From an uncultured Saprospiraceae bacterium (GTDB taxonomy: Bacteria > Bacteroidota > Bacteroidia > Chitinophagales > Saprospiraceae), in the NCBI GenBank assembly GCA_964567435.1, contig CAZMMQ010000007.1, positions 31,931 through 95,930 on the forward strand: a stretch of DNA of 64,000 bases, written 5' to 3'. Position 1 is the first letter of the stretch, and each line of letters starts with the position of its first letter. Made by a program: the position numbers and the translations under genes. Below are positions 1 through 9,658 of this stretch, piece by piece. The notes under the pieces were generated by a model, which saw nothing but the letters and a program-made list of their open reading frames with translations, did not search any database and was not told the origin of the DNA.

Positions 1-1320
1 TAACCCATAATGTTCATTAGGAGAATGGATGTCATCTGAATCCAATCCAAAGCCCATTAATACTGATTTTACTCCAAAAACTTTTTCGAACATAGCTACA
101 ATTGGAATACTACCTCCTCCTCTTACAGGAATAGGTTTCTTCCCAAATGCGTCTTGCATGGCTTTAGAGGCCGCTTGGTACTCCACAGTATTTGTTGGTG
201 TCACCGCTGGGAAGCCTCCGTGATGTGGTCGTACTTCGACCTTGACACCTGGCGGTGCTATCTTTTTAAAGTGATCAGAAAAGAGCTTAGTAATCTTATC
301 AGGATGCTGATCAGGTACCAATCTCATACTTATCTTAGCGAAGGCTTTAGAAGGTAGTACCGTTTTAGCCCCTTCGCCAATATATCCGCCCCATATACCA
401 TTGACATCCAACGTCGGTCTCGTAGATGTTCTCTCCAAGGTTGTATATCCTCTTTCTCCAGATACATCATCTATACCCAAGCCTTTTTTGTAAGCTTTGA
501 TATCGAACGGCGCTTTATTTATCGCTGATCTGTCTCCACTACCTAGCTCTACTACATCCTGATAGAATCCTGGTATGGTAATGTGTCCATTCAGATCATG
601 TAGTGAAGCAATCATTTTGCTCAGGGCATTGATAGGATTAGTGACTCCTCCACCATACACACCAGAGTGTAAGTCTTTATTTGGTCCAGTTACTTCTACT
701 TCTACATATGATAATCCTCTAAGGCCAATAGTCACACTTGGTGTTTTATTATCAATTATAGATGTATCAGAAAGGAGAACAACATCTGAACTCAGCATTT
801 TTGCATTCTTCTTACAGAATTTCTCCAGATTATCTGAGCCTACTTCTTCCTCACCTTCAATCATAAACTTGACGTTGCAAGGGATGCTGTTATTCTCATT
901 CATGGCTTCAAAAGCCTTCACATGCATATACAATTGTCCTTTGTCATCACAAGCACCACGAGCAAAAATGGCACCTTTAGGGTGGATTTTGGTTTTTTTG
1001 ACGACGGGCTCAAAAGGTGGTGAATCCCACAAATCAAGCGGATCCGGTGGCTGGACATCATAATGACCATAGACCAATACAGTTGGCAGTTTTGGATCGA
1101 TGATTTTCTCACCATATACTATTGGATGACCATCCGTAGGATATAACTTTGTCTTCTGAAGCCCTGCATCCGCCATTTTCTTTCTCAGCCATTCTGCTGC
1201 CTCTTTCACATCCTTTGCATACTTTGGATCTGCTGATATAGATGGAATCCTTAGAAAATCTAATAACTCATCTAAGTAGCGTTTTTTATTCTTGCTAATA
1301 TAGGTTTGGACATTTTTCAT
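1..1320 (-). CDS. M20/M25/M40 family metallopeptidase (dipeptidase/deacylase-like); C-terminal end runs off the window start
   Basis: This gene is absent from the supplied ORF track because no stop codon is reached. The reverse frame is open from ATG (1320-1318) to base 1, 440 codons. Translation: MKNVQTYISKNKKRYLDELLDFLRIPSISADP...VLVYGHYDVQPPDPLDLW...ARGACDDKGQLYMH...KFMIEGEEEVGS...HSPNEHYGL. It carries the typical M20 metal-ligand motifs HxD, DDKG and EGEEE. The plus-strand ORFs at 29-1063 are shadows of it. Confidence 0.8.
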   Translation of the reverse strand, partial: MKNVQTYISKNKKRYLDELLDFLRIPSISADPKYAKDVKEAAEWLRKKMADAGLQKTKLYPTDGHPIVYGEKIIDPKLPTVLVYGHYDVQPPDPLDLWDSPPFEPVVKKTKIHPKGAIFARGACDDKGQLYMHVKAFEAMNENNSIPCNVKFMIEGEEEVGSDNLEKFCKKNAKMLSSDVVLLSDTSIIDNKTPSVTIGLRGLSYVEVEVTGPNKDLHSGVYGGGVTNPINALSKMIASLHDLNGHITIPGFYQDVVELGSGDRSAINKAPFDIKAYKKGLGIDDVSGERGYTTLERTSTRPTLDVNGIWGGYIGEGAKTVLPSKAFAKISMRLVPDQHPDKITKLFSDHFKKIAPPGVKVEVRPHHGGFPAVTPTNTVEYQAASKAMQDAFGKKPIPVRGGGSIPIVAMFEKVFGVKSVLMGFGLDSDDIHSPNEHYGL

Positions 1321-1424
1321 ATTACAAATAACTGTTTAATAGATTTGTGAGGTACAAAAGTAACAGACTTGTCAAGAAAATATATGAACATCCATTGAGA
1401 TAGGTTACTTATCTTGTTAGTTTA

Positions 1425-2561
1425 GTGATTATGCAATATTCTTTTGTCATATGTGGCGTATTGACCCTTCTTTTTGCATTGTTGATTATATCTAGGAAGG
1501 GTAAGCAACTAGAACATTGGTTGCTTGGGCTCATATTCCTATTATTGACAATTAATTGTGCCTATGTTTTTTGCTTTTTCAATAGTGAAGCGTCTTTCCA
1601 TGTGATTTTGTTTTCGGAGCTCAATTATGCTATTCCATTATTATACGGCCCATTATTCTATTATTATACCAAAGCCCTGACAAATAGGGACTTTAAGATG
1701 AAGGCCAAAGACAGGTTACATTTTCTGCCTTTTCTTATTTTCTTCATTATTGTCTTAGTAGATCAGATATTACCTGATGGATTTCTACCTGATAATGCTC
1801 AGCATGGATATCCCTTCCCTAAGCTAATTCTGACACCACTCTATTTCTTTGCTTCTATCTTTTTGATAAGAAGATATCACAAAGGATATTTAGAAGAGTA
1901 TTCCTATGAGCAAGAATCCAATTTGGTATGGCTCAATTGGATAATAACAGGAGCAATTATTCTGTGGATTATTGCCTCCGTAGGATATATATTGAATCTA
2001 TTCAGGGAGCATCATAAGATCATGATTTATGATTATTACACCCTATCCTTTCTTGCATTTTTTATGTTCGCATTAGCCTTCATTGCCATTAAGAAAACAA
2101 ATCTCTTTGTTTTCAATGCACCCAACAAGAACAATAAAGTAGACAATAGGTACAGCTTACCACCTGACCTGGAACCAGAAGAACAACAAACTTCAAATAC
2201 AAAAATTGAAGATGAACCTATTGCACTAAAAGCAGACAAGGAGGCTCTGCTAAGAATCATGGAAAAAGAGCAACCTTATCTAAATCCAGTTCTCAGCTTG
2301 GCCAAGCTATCAGAAATCTCAAATATCCCTTCTTACCGCTTGACCAAAGTATTGAAAACCTCAGAAGGCAGCTTTTATGATTTTATCAACAAGTACCGTG
2401 TGGATCATATCAAATTACTATTGGATGATGGGAAAGCCACTCAATATAGTATTCTTGCCTTAGCAATGGATAGTGGCTTCAATTCCAAAGCGTCCTTTAA
2501 TCGGATATTTAAAAAACATATGGGGATGACCCCTTCCAATTACTTAAAAAACCTTGGATAG
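1425..2561 (+). CDS. Membrane-anchored AraC/XylS family transcriptional regulator
   Basis: 378-aa ORF. The track start is GTG 1425; ATG at 1431 is a plausible alternative. The N-terminal ~230 aa form several hydrophobic helices. The C-terminus carries the AraC HTH signature ...SILALAMDSGFNSKASFNRIFKKHMGMTPSNYLK. Confidence 0.75.
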   Translation: MIMQYSFVICGVLTLLFALLIISRKGKQLEHWLLGLIFLLLTINCAYVFCFFNSEASFHVILFSELNYAIPLLYGPLFYYYTKALTNRDFKMKAKDRLHFLPFLIFFIIVLVDQILPDGFLPDNAQHGYPFPKLILTPLYFFASIFLIRRYHKGYLEEYSYEQESNLVWLNWIITGAIILWIIASVGYILNLFREHHKIMIYDYYTLSFLAFFMFALAFIAIKKTNLFVFNAPNKNNKVDNRYSLPPDLEPEEQQTSNTKIEDEPIALKADKEALLRIMEKEQPYLNPVLSLAKLSEISNIPSYRLTKVLKTSEGSFYDFINKYRVDHIKLLLDDGKATQYSILALAMDSGFNSKASFNRIFKKHMGMTPSNYLKNLG

Positions 2562-2564
2562 GTA

Positions 2565-3293
2565 TTATTCGCGTAAGGATTCGGTGTAGTAGCTATTTAC
2601 TGTTTGCCTTATTACATCGTGCGAAACATTTCTGAATATCTTGCCTTCTGTAGCATAAGATATTTCTCCGTTCTCTTCAGAAATCATGATAGCCAACAAG
2701 CTTGTATTTTCTGTTGCTCCTAATCCAGCTCTATGACGCAAGCCCAAGTCTTCTTCTATAGATTGATTTTCAGACACAGGTAATATGCAAGAAGCAGCAA
2801 CCACTTTATCGCCTTCAATAATTACAGCTCCATCATGCAAAGGGGCATTTTTAAAAAAGATATTCTCTAACAATGGTGATGATACTTTAGCATCTAAGAC
2901 TCTCCCAGTCTTGGTTAATTCTGGTACATCTTTCGTGGTTAATATCATCAGACCTCCCGTTTTGGTTTTACTCAATTCCTTAGTTGCTTTAACTATCTCA
3001 TTAGTGAGCAAAGTGGCCTCTTCTTTATTCTGAAGTACCGATGGATTAAAAAACTTATCAAAAAAGTCTGATCTTCTTTTAAGCATATTATCACCTACCA
3101 TCAAAAGAAATCGCCTTATCTCTGGTTGGAATATGACCATAATACCTATAAGCCCAATACCAGCCACTGATCCTAACATAGTCCGAAGGAGTCTCATATT
3201 GAGATAGGTAACTATTGTATAGAGGAGGAAGAAAATAATAATCCCAATGAAAATATTAACTGCAACTGTCCCCCTAACATACTTGTAGACCAT
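2565..3293 (-). CDS. cdaA: Diadenylate cyclase CdaA (c-di-AMP synthase, DisA_N domain)
   Basis: DAC-domain motifs are present: ...APLHDGAVIIEGDKVVAASCILPVSEN...LGLRHRAGLGATENTSLLAIMISEENGEISYA. There are N-terminal TM helices. The same frame stays open upstream to 3401 and encodes the expected first TM helix, but without an ATG (see findings). Confidence 0.85.
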   Translation of the reverse strand: MVYKYVRGTVAVNIFIGIIIFFLLYTIVTYLNMRLLRTMLGSVAGIGLIGIMVIFQPEIRRFLLMVGDNMLKRRSDFFDKFFNPSVLQNKEEATLLTNEIVKATKELSKTKTGGLMILTTKDVPELTKTGRVLDAKVSSPLLENIFFKNAPLHDGAVIIEGDKVVAASCILPVSENQSIEEDLGLRHRAGLGATENTSLLAIMISEENGEISYATEGKIFRNVSHDVIRQTVNSYYTESLRE

Positions 3294-3430
3294 ATATATT
3301 AAATAGGCTGCAATGAGTACATCAAGAATATCCAGTACTCTTATATCAAAACCACCTACACTAAATAAATATTCGATAAGTCCTTTGTTTGGATTGTAAA
3401 ATTACTTTAAAAAAAGAAATGCTTTTTTAC

Positions 3431-5578
3431 CTAACCGTCAATATATTTCACTGGGCTGTTTGTATTGTAGAAGAAGAAGGCCCATCTGTCTGCTTGCTCG
3501 TCTATTATCTTAGATGTGGGTTTGCCAGCCCCATGACCTGCATTAACATCTATTCTTAGCAAGACCGGTGACTCTCCATCATGACATTCCTGCAACCGTG
3601 CACCAAACTTAAATGAATGAGCTGGGACCACTCTATCATCATGATCGGCTGTAGTGACCATGGTGGCTGGATAATCTACACCTGGTTTGAGGTTATGTAA
3701 TGGAGAATATGACAATAAATTATCAAACTGTTCTGGATCATCACTCGATCCATACTCAGGCACCCATCCCCATCCTACTGTAAACTTATGGTAACGCAAC
3801 ATATCCATCACCCCAACTGCTGGAAACGCGACAGCAAACTTATCTGGTTCTTGCGTCATACAAGCGCCTACTAGCAATCCACCATTGGAGCCTCCAGCAA
3901 TAGCTAATTTTTCTGACGAAGTATATCCTTGTTCTATTAGATAATCAGCTGCCGCTATGAAGTCATCAAATACATTCTGCTTCTTATCTAACATCCCCGC
4001 CTTATGCCACTCCTCTCCATACTCTCCACCTCCTCTCAAATTAGGCATAGCATATACCCCACCATTTTCCAATAAGATCAGTCGTGAAACAGAAAAAGAC
4101 GGTGTCAAATTCACATTAAATCCTCCGTAGCCATATAGATAAGTTGGATTATTGCCATCTTTTTTAAGTCCTTTCTTATACACCAAAAACATAGGGACTT
4201 TTGTGCCATCCTTGCTGGTATAAAAAACTTGTTCCTCCACATAATCTTCTGGGTTAAATTTCAAACTCGCTTTAAAAAATGACTCAGATGTATTAGATTC
4301 TATATCATATCTATATATTGAGTTGGGTATGATAAATGAGTTAAACGAATAGAAAAACTCTTTATCTCCTCTCTGCCCTCCAAATCCATCAGCTGTACCC
4401 AAACCAGGTAATGAAACTTCTAATTCATTAGATCCATCTTTATCATATCTTTTGATAACGGTCTTAGCGTCTTTAAGATAATCCGCCCACAAGTACCCAC
4501 CACCCGTAGATACTCCATCCAATAACTCATCCTTCTCGGGGATGACCGTCATCCAATTAGATTCGCTTGGCTGATCAGGGTCAATAGAAACCAGTCTATA
4601 CTTCGGTGCACCTATATCCGTTAGGACCAGAAAGCGATCGCCAACATAATCAACAATGCTACTTTTATTCTTGAATCCAGTAAACAGAGCTCTGTATCCA
4701 TCTGATTTTCTCAAATCTTTGTAATAAGTTTCGAAACCATCAGTACCAGTAGATGCATAGACAATATGATAGTGCTTATCTTCTGTCAATCCTCCAAAAT
4801 GGTATCTCTTTGGTTCTGATTTATTATCAAAAATCAATTGATCTTGACTCTGATCATCTCCCAATTTGTGGAAATATATAGAATGGTAGTCATTGGTAGC
4901 AGATAACTCAGTACCATCTACAGGTGTCGGATATTTACTATAATAAAAACCATTATCCAACCAGCTTGCGCCAGAAAACTTAACCCACTTCAGTTCATCT
5001 GATAGTTTTCGTCGGGTTGCAATCTCCATCACATAGATAGTCTGCCAGTCGCTCCCCGCATTAGACTGACTGTAGGCCACATATTTGTCATCAGGAGAAA
5101 AGCCTAAGAAATTAATAGCCGCTATTCCATCTTCAGATAGCTCATTGGGGTCCAAAAATACTTCAGGTATGGCATCTTTCCCTTTTTGATTGTAAATCAC
5201 TGCTTGATTCTGCAGACCATCATTTTTCCTGTAGAAATAGTATTCTCCCCTTTTTGAAGGAGAACTCAATTTTTCATAATTAAATAGTTCTTCATAACGA
5301 TCACGAATTTTATCTCTGTAGGGTATCTGATCCAGATATCCTTGTGTCACTTCATTTTGGGATGTCACCCACTTTTTGACATTAGAAGCTGTATCTAACT
5401 CTAACCATCTATATGCATCAGAAACTTTTACACCATGGTAATCATCTACAATACTGGAGTCTTTTGTTGTGTTTGGATATGAAACTTCAATCATTGCCAC
5501 CTTATTTATTTGACGTTCTGGGTTACATGAGATAATACTGAAAGTAATTATAATGATAGGAAGGATCAATTTGGACAT
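3431..5578 (-). CDS. Prolyl oligopeptidase (S9A family serine endopeptidase), probable lipoprotein
   Basis: 715 aa. The N-terminus has a signal/lipobox-like sequence MSKLILPIIIITFSIISC. An S9A N-terminal propeller region follows. The catalytic domain has the nucleophile motif AIAGGSNGGLLVGA, with ...TADHDDRV...NAGHGAG downstream. Confidence 0.85.
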   Translation of the reverse strand: MSKLILPIIIITFSIISCNPERQINKVAMIEVSYPNTTKDSSIVDDYHGVKVSDAYRWLELDTASNVKKWVTSQNEVTQGYLDQIPYRDKIRDRYEELFNYEKLSSPSKRGEYYFYRKNDGLQNQAVIYNQKGKDAIPEVFLDPNELSEDGIAAINFLGFSPDDKYVAYSQSNAGSDWQTIYVMEIATRRKLSDELKWVKFSGASWLDNGFYYSKYPTPVDGTELSATNDYHSIYFHKLGDDQSQDQLIFDNKSEPKRYHFGGLTEDKHYHIVYASTGTDGFETYYKDLRKSDGYRALFTGFKNKSSIVDYVGDRFLVLTDIGAPKYRLVSIDPDQPSESNWMTVIPEKDELLDGVSTGGGYLWADYLKDAKTVIKRYDKDGSNELEVSLPGLGTADGFGGQRGDKEFFYSFNSFIIPNSIYRYDIESNTSESFFKASLKFNPEDYVEEQVFYTSKDGTKVPMFLVYKKGLKKDGNNPTYLYGYGGFNVNLTPSFSVSRLILLENGGVYAMPNLRGGGEYGEEWHKAGMLDKKQNVFDDFIAAADYLIEQGYTSSEKLAIAGGSNGGLLVGACMTQEPDKFAVAFPAVGVMDMLRYHKFTVGWGWVPEYGSSDDPEQFDNLLSYSPLHNLKPGVDYPATMVTTADHDDRVVPAHSFKFGARLQECHDGESPVLLRIDVNAGHGAGKPTSKIIDEQADRWAFFFYNTNSPVKYIDG

Positions 5579-5673
5579 AATCTATATTATTATAAGTTTA
5601 TCAAAATTATGATTGTTGAAAATACAGTAAATATGGACCTTCGTTTTATTTATCTTCGTTCTAATTTTAAGAA

Positions 5674-6294
5674 ATGTATCAGATTCAGATATTAGTGAGT
5701 TTTTGTTGCCTGATTTTAATAGGTAGCTCTGCATCAGGTCAGTCCAGTATGAGTTGGTTTGAGCCATCTAGCATTACTGATGAGAAGGATATTATTACCT
5801 CATCAGATTGCCAAATTGCAAAAGAAGACAACACAGGACTCTATTACGAAATCGAGTTTGAGCAAAAACCCTTCTTTGTCTATACACATCCTCAAGTAAG
5901 AGGTTTTGTGCAAGATGGTTTTCTGATGGAATGCCAAGCCAACATCCAGCAAGTAGACGAAAATAAATTCTTGATTTTGGAATATAAAATCAATTCTAGT
6001 CAAGCTAAAATCAGTTATGGAAATCTCGAAAAAGGAGAAAAAATAAAGGTAGACCTCATTAACAAAGAGCATATTTACTTAGAAAACATAGAACGAAGCA
6101 GAGGAAAAGTGAGAAAGTCTGATAACTACACTCTCTACTATGGCACCTACGCGATCAGCAAAGACAATATGAATATGCTCAAAAAACATAGCATAGATAA
6201 GATCACTGTATTGTGGGAAGAAGGCATAGAGACTTATGAAATACAGAACATTGATTTGATCAAAAATCAGTTGAATTTTCTTGAAAAGAGATAA
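5674..6294 (+). CDS. Hypothetical secreted protein
   Basis: 206-aa ORF with a signal-peptide-like N-terminus (MYQIQILVSFCCLILIGSSASGQ). I recognised no motif. Its stop lies 2 nt before the miaE start, suggesting an operon. Confidence 0.45.
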   Translation: MYQIQILVSFCCLILIGSSASGQSSMSWFEPSSITDEKDIITSSDCQIAKEDNTGLYYEIEFEQKPFFVYTHPQVRGFVQDGFLMECQANIQQVDENKFLILEYKINSSQAKISYGNLEKGEKIKVDLINKEHIYLENIERSRGKVRKSDNYTLYYGTYAISKDNMNMLKKHSIDKITVLWEEGIETYEIQNIDLIKNQLNFLEKR

Positions 6295-6296
6295 GC

Positions 6297-6878
6297 ATGT
6301 TAGGACTAAAATTACCCACTGATCCAAGATGGGTCAATATGGCAGAAATGAGCCTCGAAGAGATTCTAACAGACCATGCCTATTGTGAGCAGAAAGCCGC
6401 CACATCTTGTATATCTCTAATCCAAGGATATCCAGAGAAAGAAAGGATGGTGAGAGAGCTGGCGCCGATTGTTACTGAGGAGTGGGGACATTTTAGACAA
6501 GTACTCAGGGAAATGGATAGAAGAGGTCTTAGACTAGGCCACCAAAGAAAAGATGAGTATGTCAATAAGCTACTTTCATTCCAACAAAAAGGAGGAGGCA
6601 AGGATAATAGCCTGTTGGAGAAACTGTTGACATTTGCTCTTATAGAGGCCAGAAGTTGCGAAAGATTTAGACTACTAAGTCTTCATATTTCAGAAGACTC
6701 ACTTAAAGAATTCTATCACTCATTCATGGTGTCAGAGGCAGGACACTATCGACTTTTTATTGACCTAGCCAAGGAATATTTTGATGAAGATCGTGTCAAA
6801 ATCAGATGGCAGGAATATCTCACTTACGAAGCGGGTATAATGGAAGACTTGTCCTTAAGGGGTGATCGGATGCACTGA
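6297..6878 (+). CDS. miaE: tRNA-(ms2io6A37)-hydroxylase MiaE (diiron ferritin-like)
   Basis: Motifs DHAYCEQKAA, EEWGHFRQV, IEARSCERF and SEAGHY correspond to the four-helix diiron ligand motifs of MiaE. Length is 193 aa. Confidence 0.8.
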   Translation: MLGLKLPTDPRWVNMAEMSLEEILTDHAYCEQKAATSCISLIQGYPEKERMVRELAPIVTEEWGHFRQVLREMDRRGLRLGHQRKDEYVNKLLSFQQKGGGKDNSLLEKLLTFALIEARSCERFRLLSLHISEDSLKEFYHSFMVSEAGHYRLFIDLAKEYFDEDRVKIRWQEYLTYEAGIMEDLSLRGDRMH

Positions 6879-7465
6879 TGAGTAAGCACCCACAATCATA
6901 TTGGGAAGGTCGCTATGTGTCTGGACAAACAGGATGGAACATCGGTTATGCCTCGACACCTATCCAAGATTTTGCAAACAAACTCCCTTCAAAATCTCTT
7001 AAGATATTGATCCCTGGTGCAGGAAATGCCTATGAGGCTGAGCACTTACACCGCAAGGGATTTACGGATGTGCACATTCTAGATTTTGCACTTCAGCCTT
7101 TGGAAGCATTCAAAGCTCGGGTACCAGATTTTCCGGCTTCTCATGTTTACAATCAGGATTTTTTTGAGCATTCTGGTCAATATGATATTGTATTAGAGCA
7201 AACGTTCTTCTGCGCGCTTGATCCAATATTAAGGGTGGATTATGTGACTAAGATGCATGAGTTACTTCATCCAGAAGGCATACTCGCTGGACTGCTATTT
7301 AATATCTCATTTGCTGAGGATAAGCCGCCTTATGGTGGTCATGAGAGTATATACAGACCCTTGTTTTCCAAAAAATTCTTGATTCAAGAAATGTCAATTA
7401 GCAAAAATTCCATCCCAAGCAGACTTGGCAATGAACTATTTGTCATTATGAAGCCCCTCCATTAA
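6878..7465 (+). CDS. SAM-dependent methyltransferase, TPMT-like
   Basis: YWEGRYVSGQTGWNIG at the N-terminus and the SAM-binding motif ILIPGAGNAYEAEHL. The start overlaps the miaE stop (TGATG). Confidence 0.6.
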   Translation: MSKHPQSYWEGRYVSGQTGWNIGYASTPIQDFANKLPSKSLKILIPGAGNAYEAEHLHRKGFTDVHILDFALQPLEAFKARVPDFPASHVYNQDFFEHSGQYDIVLEQTFFCALDPILRVDYVTKMHELLHPEGILAGLLFNISFAEDKPPYGGHESIYRPLFSKKFLIQEMSISKNSIPSRLGNELFVIMKPLH

Positions 7466-7481
7466 CAATCAACCAGAAAGA

Positions 7482-8498
7482 TTATCCTCCTACCGATGCT
7501 ACATTTTCTTTCTGCTTCCTTCCTGCTAGAAAATCTGACTCAGAGCCTCCAGTCAATTTAATGCCTCCCCTATCTTTTCTTAATATCCTTGAGAAAAGTG
7601 ATAATTCCTTATCAAAAAGCCATTGAAATAAAAGCTTTGTCCAAGAGGTGTGGTAATATAAGCTATCATAATATTCCGGTGCTATGGCTCTAATCTTAGG
7701 AAGATTATTCCATGGCACATAGGAGAAGTCGTGATGTTCGTTGTGATAACCCACATTGAAGGCAACTTTATTAAGAATGCCATAGTAGCTGTAAGTCTCT
7801 TGAGGAGGAGCTACCAAAAAGTGTTCTTGTATCCATCTGGCTCCCAACGGGTGCAATCCAATAGAAAACAGAAATGAAGCAAACAGGTAAAGCAATCCTA
7901 TTGGACCAACAAAATAAAAGATCAGAGCATTGAAAGCTAGGACGGACAGAATATTGATGTAGATCCATTTGCTAGCAAACTTAATTTCCTTTAGCCTAGG
8001 TGGTCTCAATGCAGTAAAAAAGGGGAAAAATGCCAACCAAATGGCCTTCCCTAGAAAATTACTCCCCATCAATCTGGCTTCCCATCGACTTGGCAAGTCA
8101 GCATCTATATCATAGTGGCCCTGAAAAGCATGATGCTTAAGATGATATTTTCTAAATGATACCGAGGTCGGAAAGGCATTTGGCAAATCGCACAATATGC
8201 CGCCCCACAGATTAGCTAACCTATTCTTAAACACCATATTATGTGTAAACTCATGCATCAGTACAAAAAGTGCATGATTAGCAAAAGCACCGATACAATA
8301 AGCCACTATCAAGGCCATCCACCAAGGCTGAGCCTGCATAAACCAACAGATAACCACTTGCATCACCACTATCCCAAAAGTGTAATAAAACGTATTAGGA
8401 TTTCTTCCCATAAGTTGTTTTATTTCAGGATATTTACTGATGATTTCCTTTGTTCTTGCAATATGTGGCTCTGCTGTATGCGAATGATGAAAATCCAT
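7482..8498 (-). CDS. Sphingolipid Delta4-desaturase (DES1/DEGS-like) membrane fatty acid desaturase
   Basis: Three histidine boxes: HEFTHN, HLKHH, HNEHHDF. The N-terminal segment DFHHSHTAEPHIARTKEIISKYPEIKQLMGRNP resembles the Lipid_DES domain of eukaryotic dihydroceramide desaturases. Multiple TM helices. Confidence 0.7.
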   Translation of the reverse strand: MDFHHSHTAEPHIARTKEIISKYPEIKQLMGRNPNTFYYTFGIVVMQVVICWFMQAQPWWMALIVAYCIGAFANHALFVLMHEFTHNMVFKNRLANLWGGILCDLPNAFPTSVSFRKYHLKHHAFQGHYDIDADLPSRWEARLMGSNFLGKAIWLAFFPFFTALRPPRLKEIKFASKWIYINILSVLAFNALIFYFVGPIGLLYLFASFLFSIGLHPLGARWIQEHFLVAPPQETYSYYGILNKVAFNVGYHNEHHDFSYVPWNNLPKIRAIAPEYYDSLYYHTSWTKLLFQWLFDKELSLFSRILRKDRGGIKLTGGSESDFLAGRKQKENVASVGG

Positions 8499-8645
8499 AG
8501 TGAATCTTAGAGATTAATGTTATTTCTTATCAGAACATAAAATTAGCGCTTAAATACTTCTGAGTTTGCAAAAGAACAGCCATTTATTGTTTAAAATCGG
8601 AATCATTCTTGATATAGTTGATCCGAGAAAGACTGAAACATAACT

Positions 8646-9608
8646 ATGGATTTACCAAAAATTCTTATTGTTGATGATAGAGAGTTTGACAGAATCATCT
8701 ATCGGGAATACCTTGGAGAGACCAATTATCGATTTGAAGAAATGGATGATGGCTCTGGTATACTAGAACGACTTGCTGACATCAAGCCAGACCTCATACT
8801 ACTGGATTGGCAAATGCCAAGACAAGGAGGGTTAGAAACCCTTAAGCTTATCAAAAAGAATCTGGCCTTTAAGGACATTCCAATCATCATTATCACTGGA
8901 CTACAAGACGAAAAAGTACTGGAGGAAGCCTTTGATTTTGGAACCCTAGATTTTCTTAACAAACCGGTAAGCAAAATAGAATTGATGGCTCGTGTACTCA
9001 ATGCCATTAAATTACATGAAGCGACCAAATCTATGGTCACTCAGAAGAAAGAACTATTAGAGCTTAATAAGATCATCAATAATCAAAAAGATGAGCTAGC
9101 AAAATCTCTAGCTATCAAAACTGAATTATTAGATACCAATGAAGAAGAACACAAAAAAGGTATAGATGAGGTCCATCGTAAGATGATGACTCTAGAGATG
9201 GATAATACAAAAGTAACCTCAAACCTAAAGGCTATACATGCCTTAGTGGACGAATGCTATACACAACTCAAAAGTGAAAGTCCAGAGAGTAGTGTACTAA
9301 GAAGATTACGTCAACTAGATAGAAGGGTTAGTGAACTAATCACTCAGGACAGATCTTGGGCAGAATTTAAGGAAGTATTTGAAAGTATGGATAGTGAGTT
9401 TTTCAATAAACTAACGGAAAGAAATCCTAAACTAACAAGCTTAGACCTTAAGCACTGTGCCTATATCAAAATGAATATTGATAATTACGAACTGGCCAGA
9501 ATCCTTAATGTTGAGATGAAAAGTTTACAAATGACTAGATATCGTCTTAAGAAAAAACTGAGTCTTGACCAGAAAGATAACCTGAGAGAATTTATCCAAT
9601 CCGTATAA
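8646..9608 (+). CDS. Response regulator: REC domain, coiled-coil linker, LuxR-type HTH
   Basis: REC motifs: ILIVDDREFDR, phospho-acceptor context LILLDWQMP, and FLNKP. A long charged helical linker follows. The C-terminal HTH is LTSLDLKHCAYIKMNIDNYELARILNVEMKSLQMTRYRLKKKL. Confidence 0.75.
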   Translation: MDLPKILIVDDREFDRIIYREYLGETNYRFEEMDDGSGILERLADIKPDLILLDWQMPRQGGLETLKLIKKNLAFKDIPIIIITGLQDEKVLEEAFDFGTLDFLNKPVSKIELMARVLNAIKLHEATKSMVTQKKELLELNKIINNQKDELAKSLAIKTELLDTNEEEHKKGIDEVHRKMMTLEMDNTKVTSNLKAIHALVDECYTQLKSESPESSVLRRLRQLDRRVSELITQDRSWAEFKEVFESMDSEFFNKLTERNPKLTSLDLKHCAYIKMNIDNYELARILNVEMKSLQMTRYRLKKKLSLDQKDNLREFIQSV

Positions 9609-9658
9609 ACTGAATATTATTTTCTAATCGCCAGAAAGATAGCAAAGTTGATCTTTGT

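Noticed and set aside
29-1115. Track ORFs at 29-223, 154-357, 575-1063 (+) and 918-1115 (-) at the window start.
   Set aside because: An uninterrupted 440-codon minus-strand frame with clear M20 peptidase motifs covers the region. The listed ORFs have no motifs and are out-of-frame or antisense shadows.
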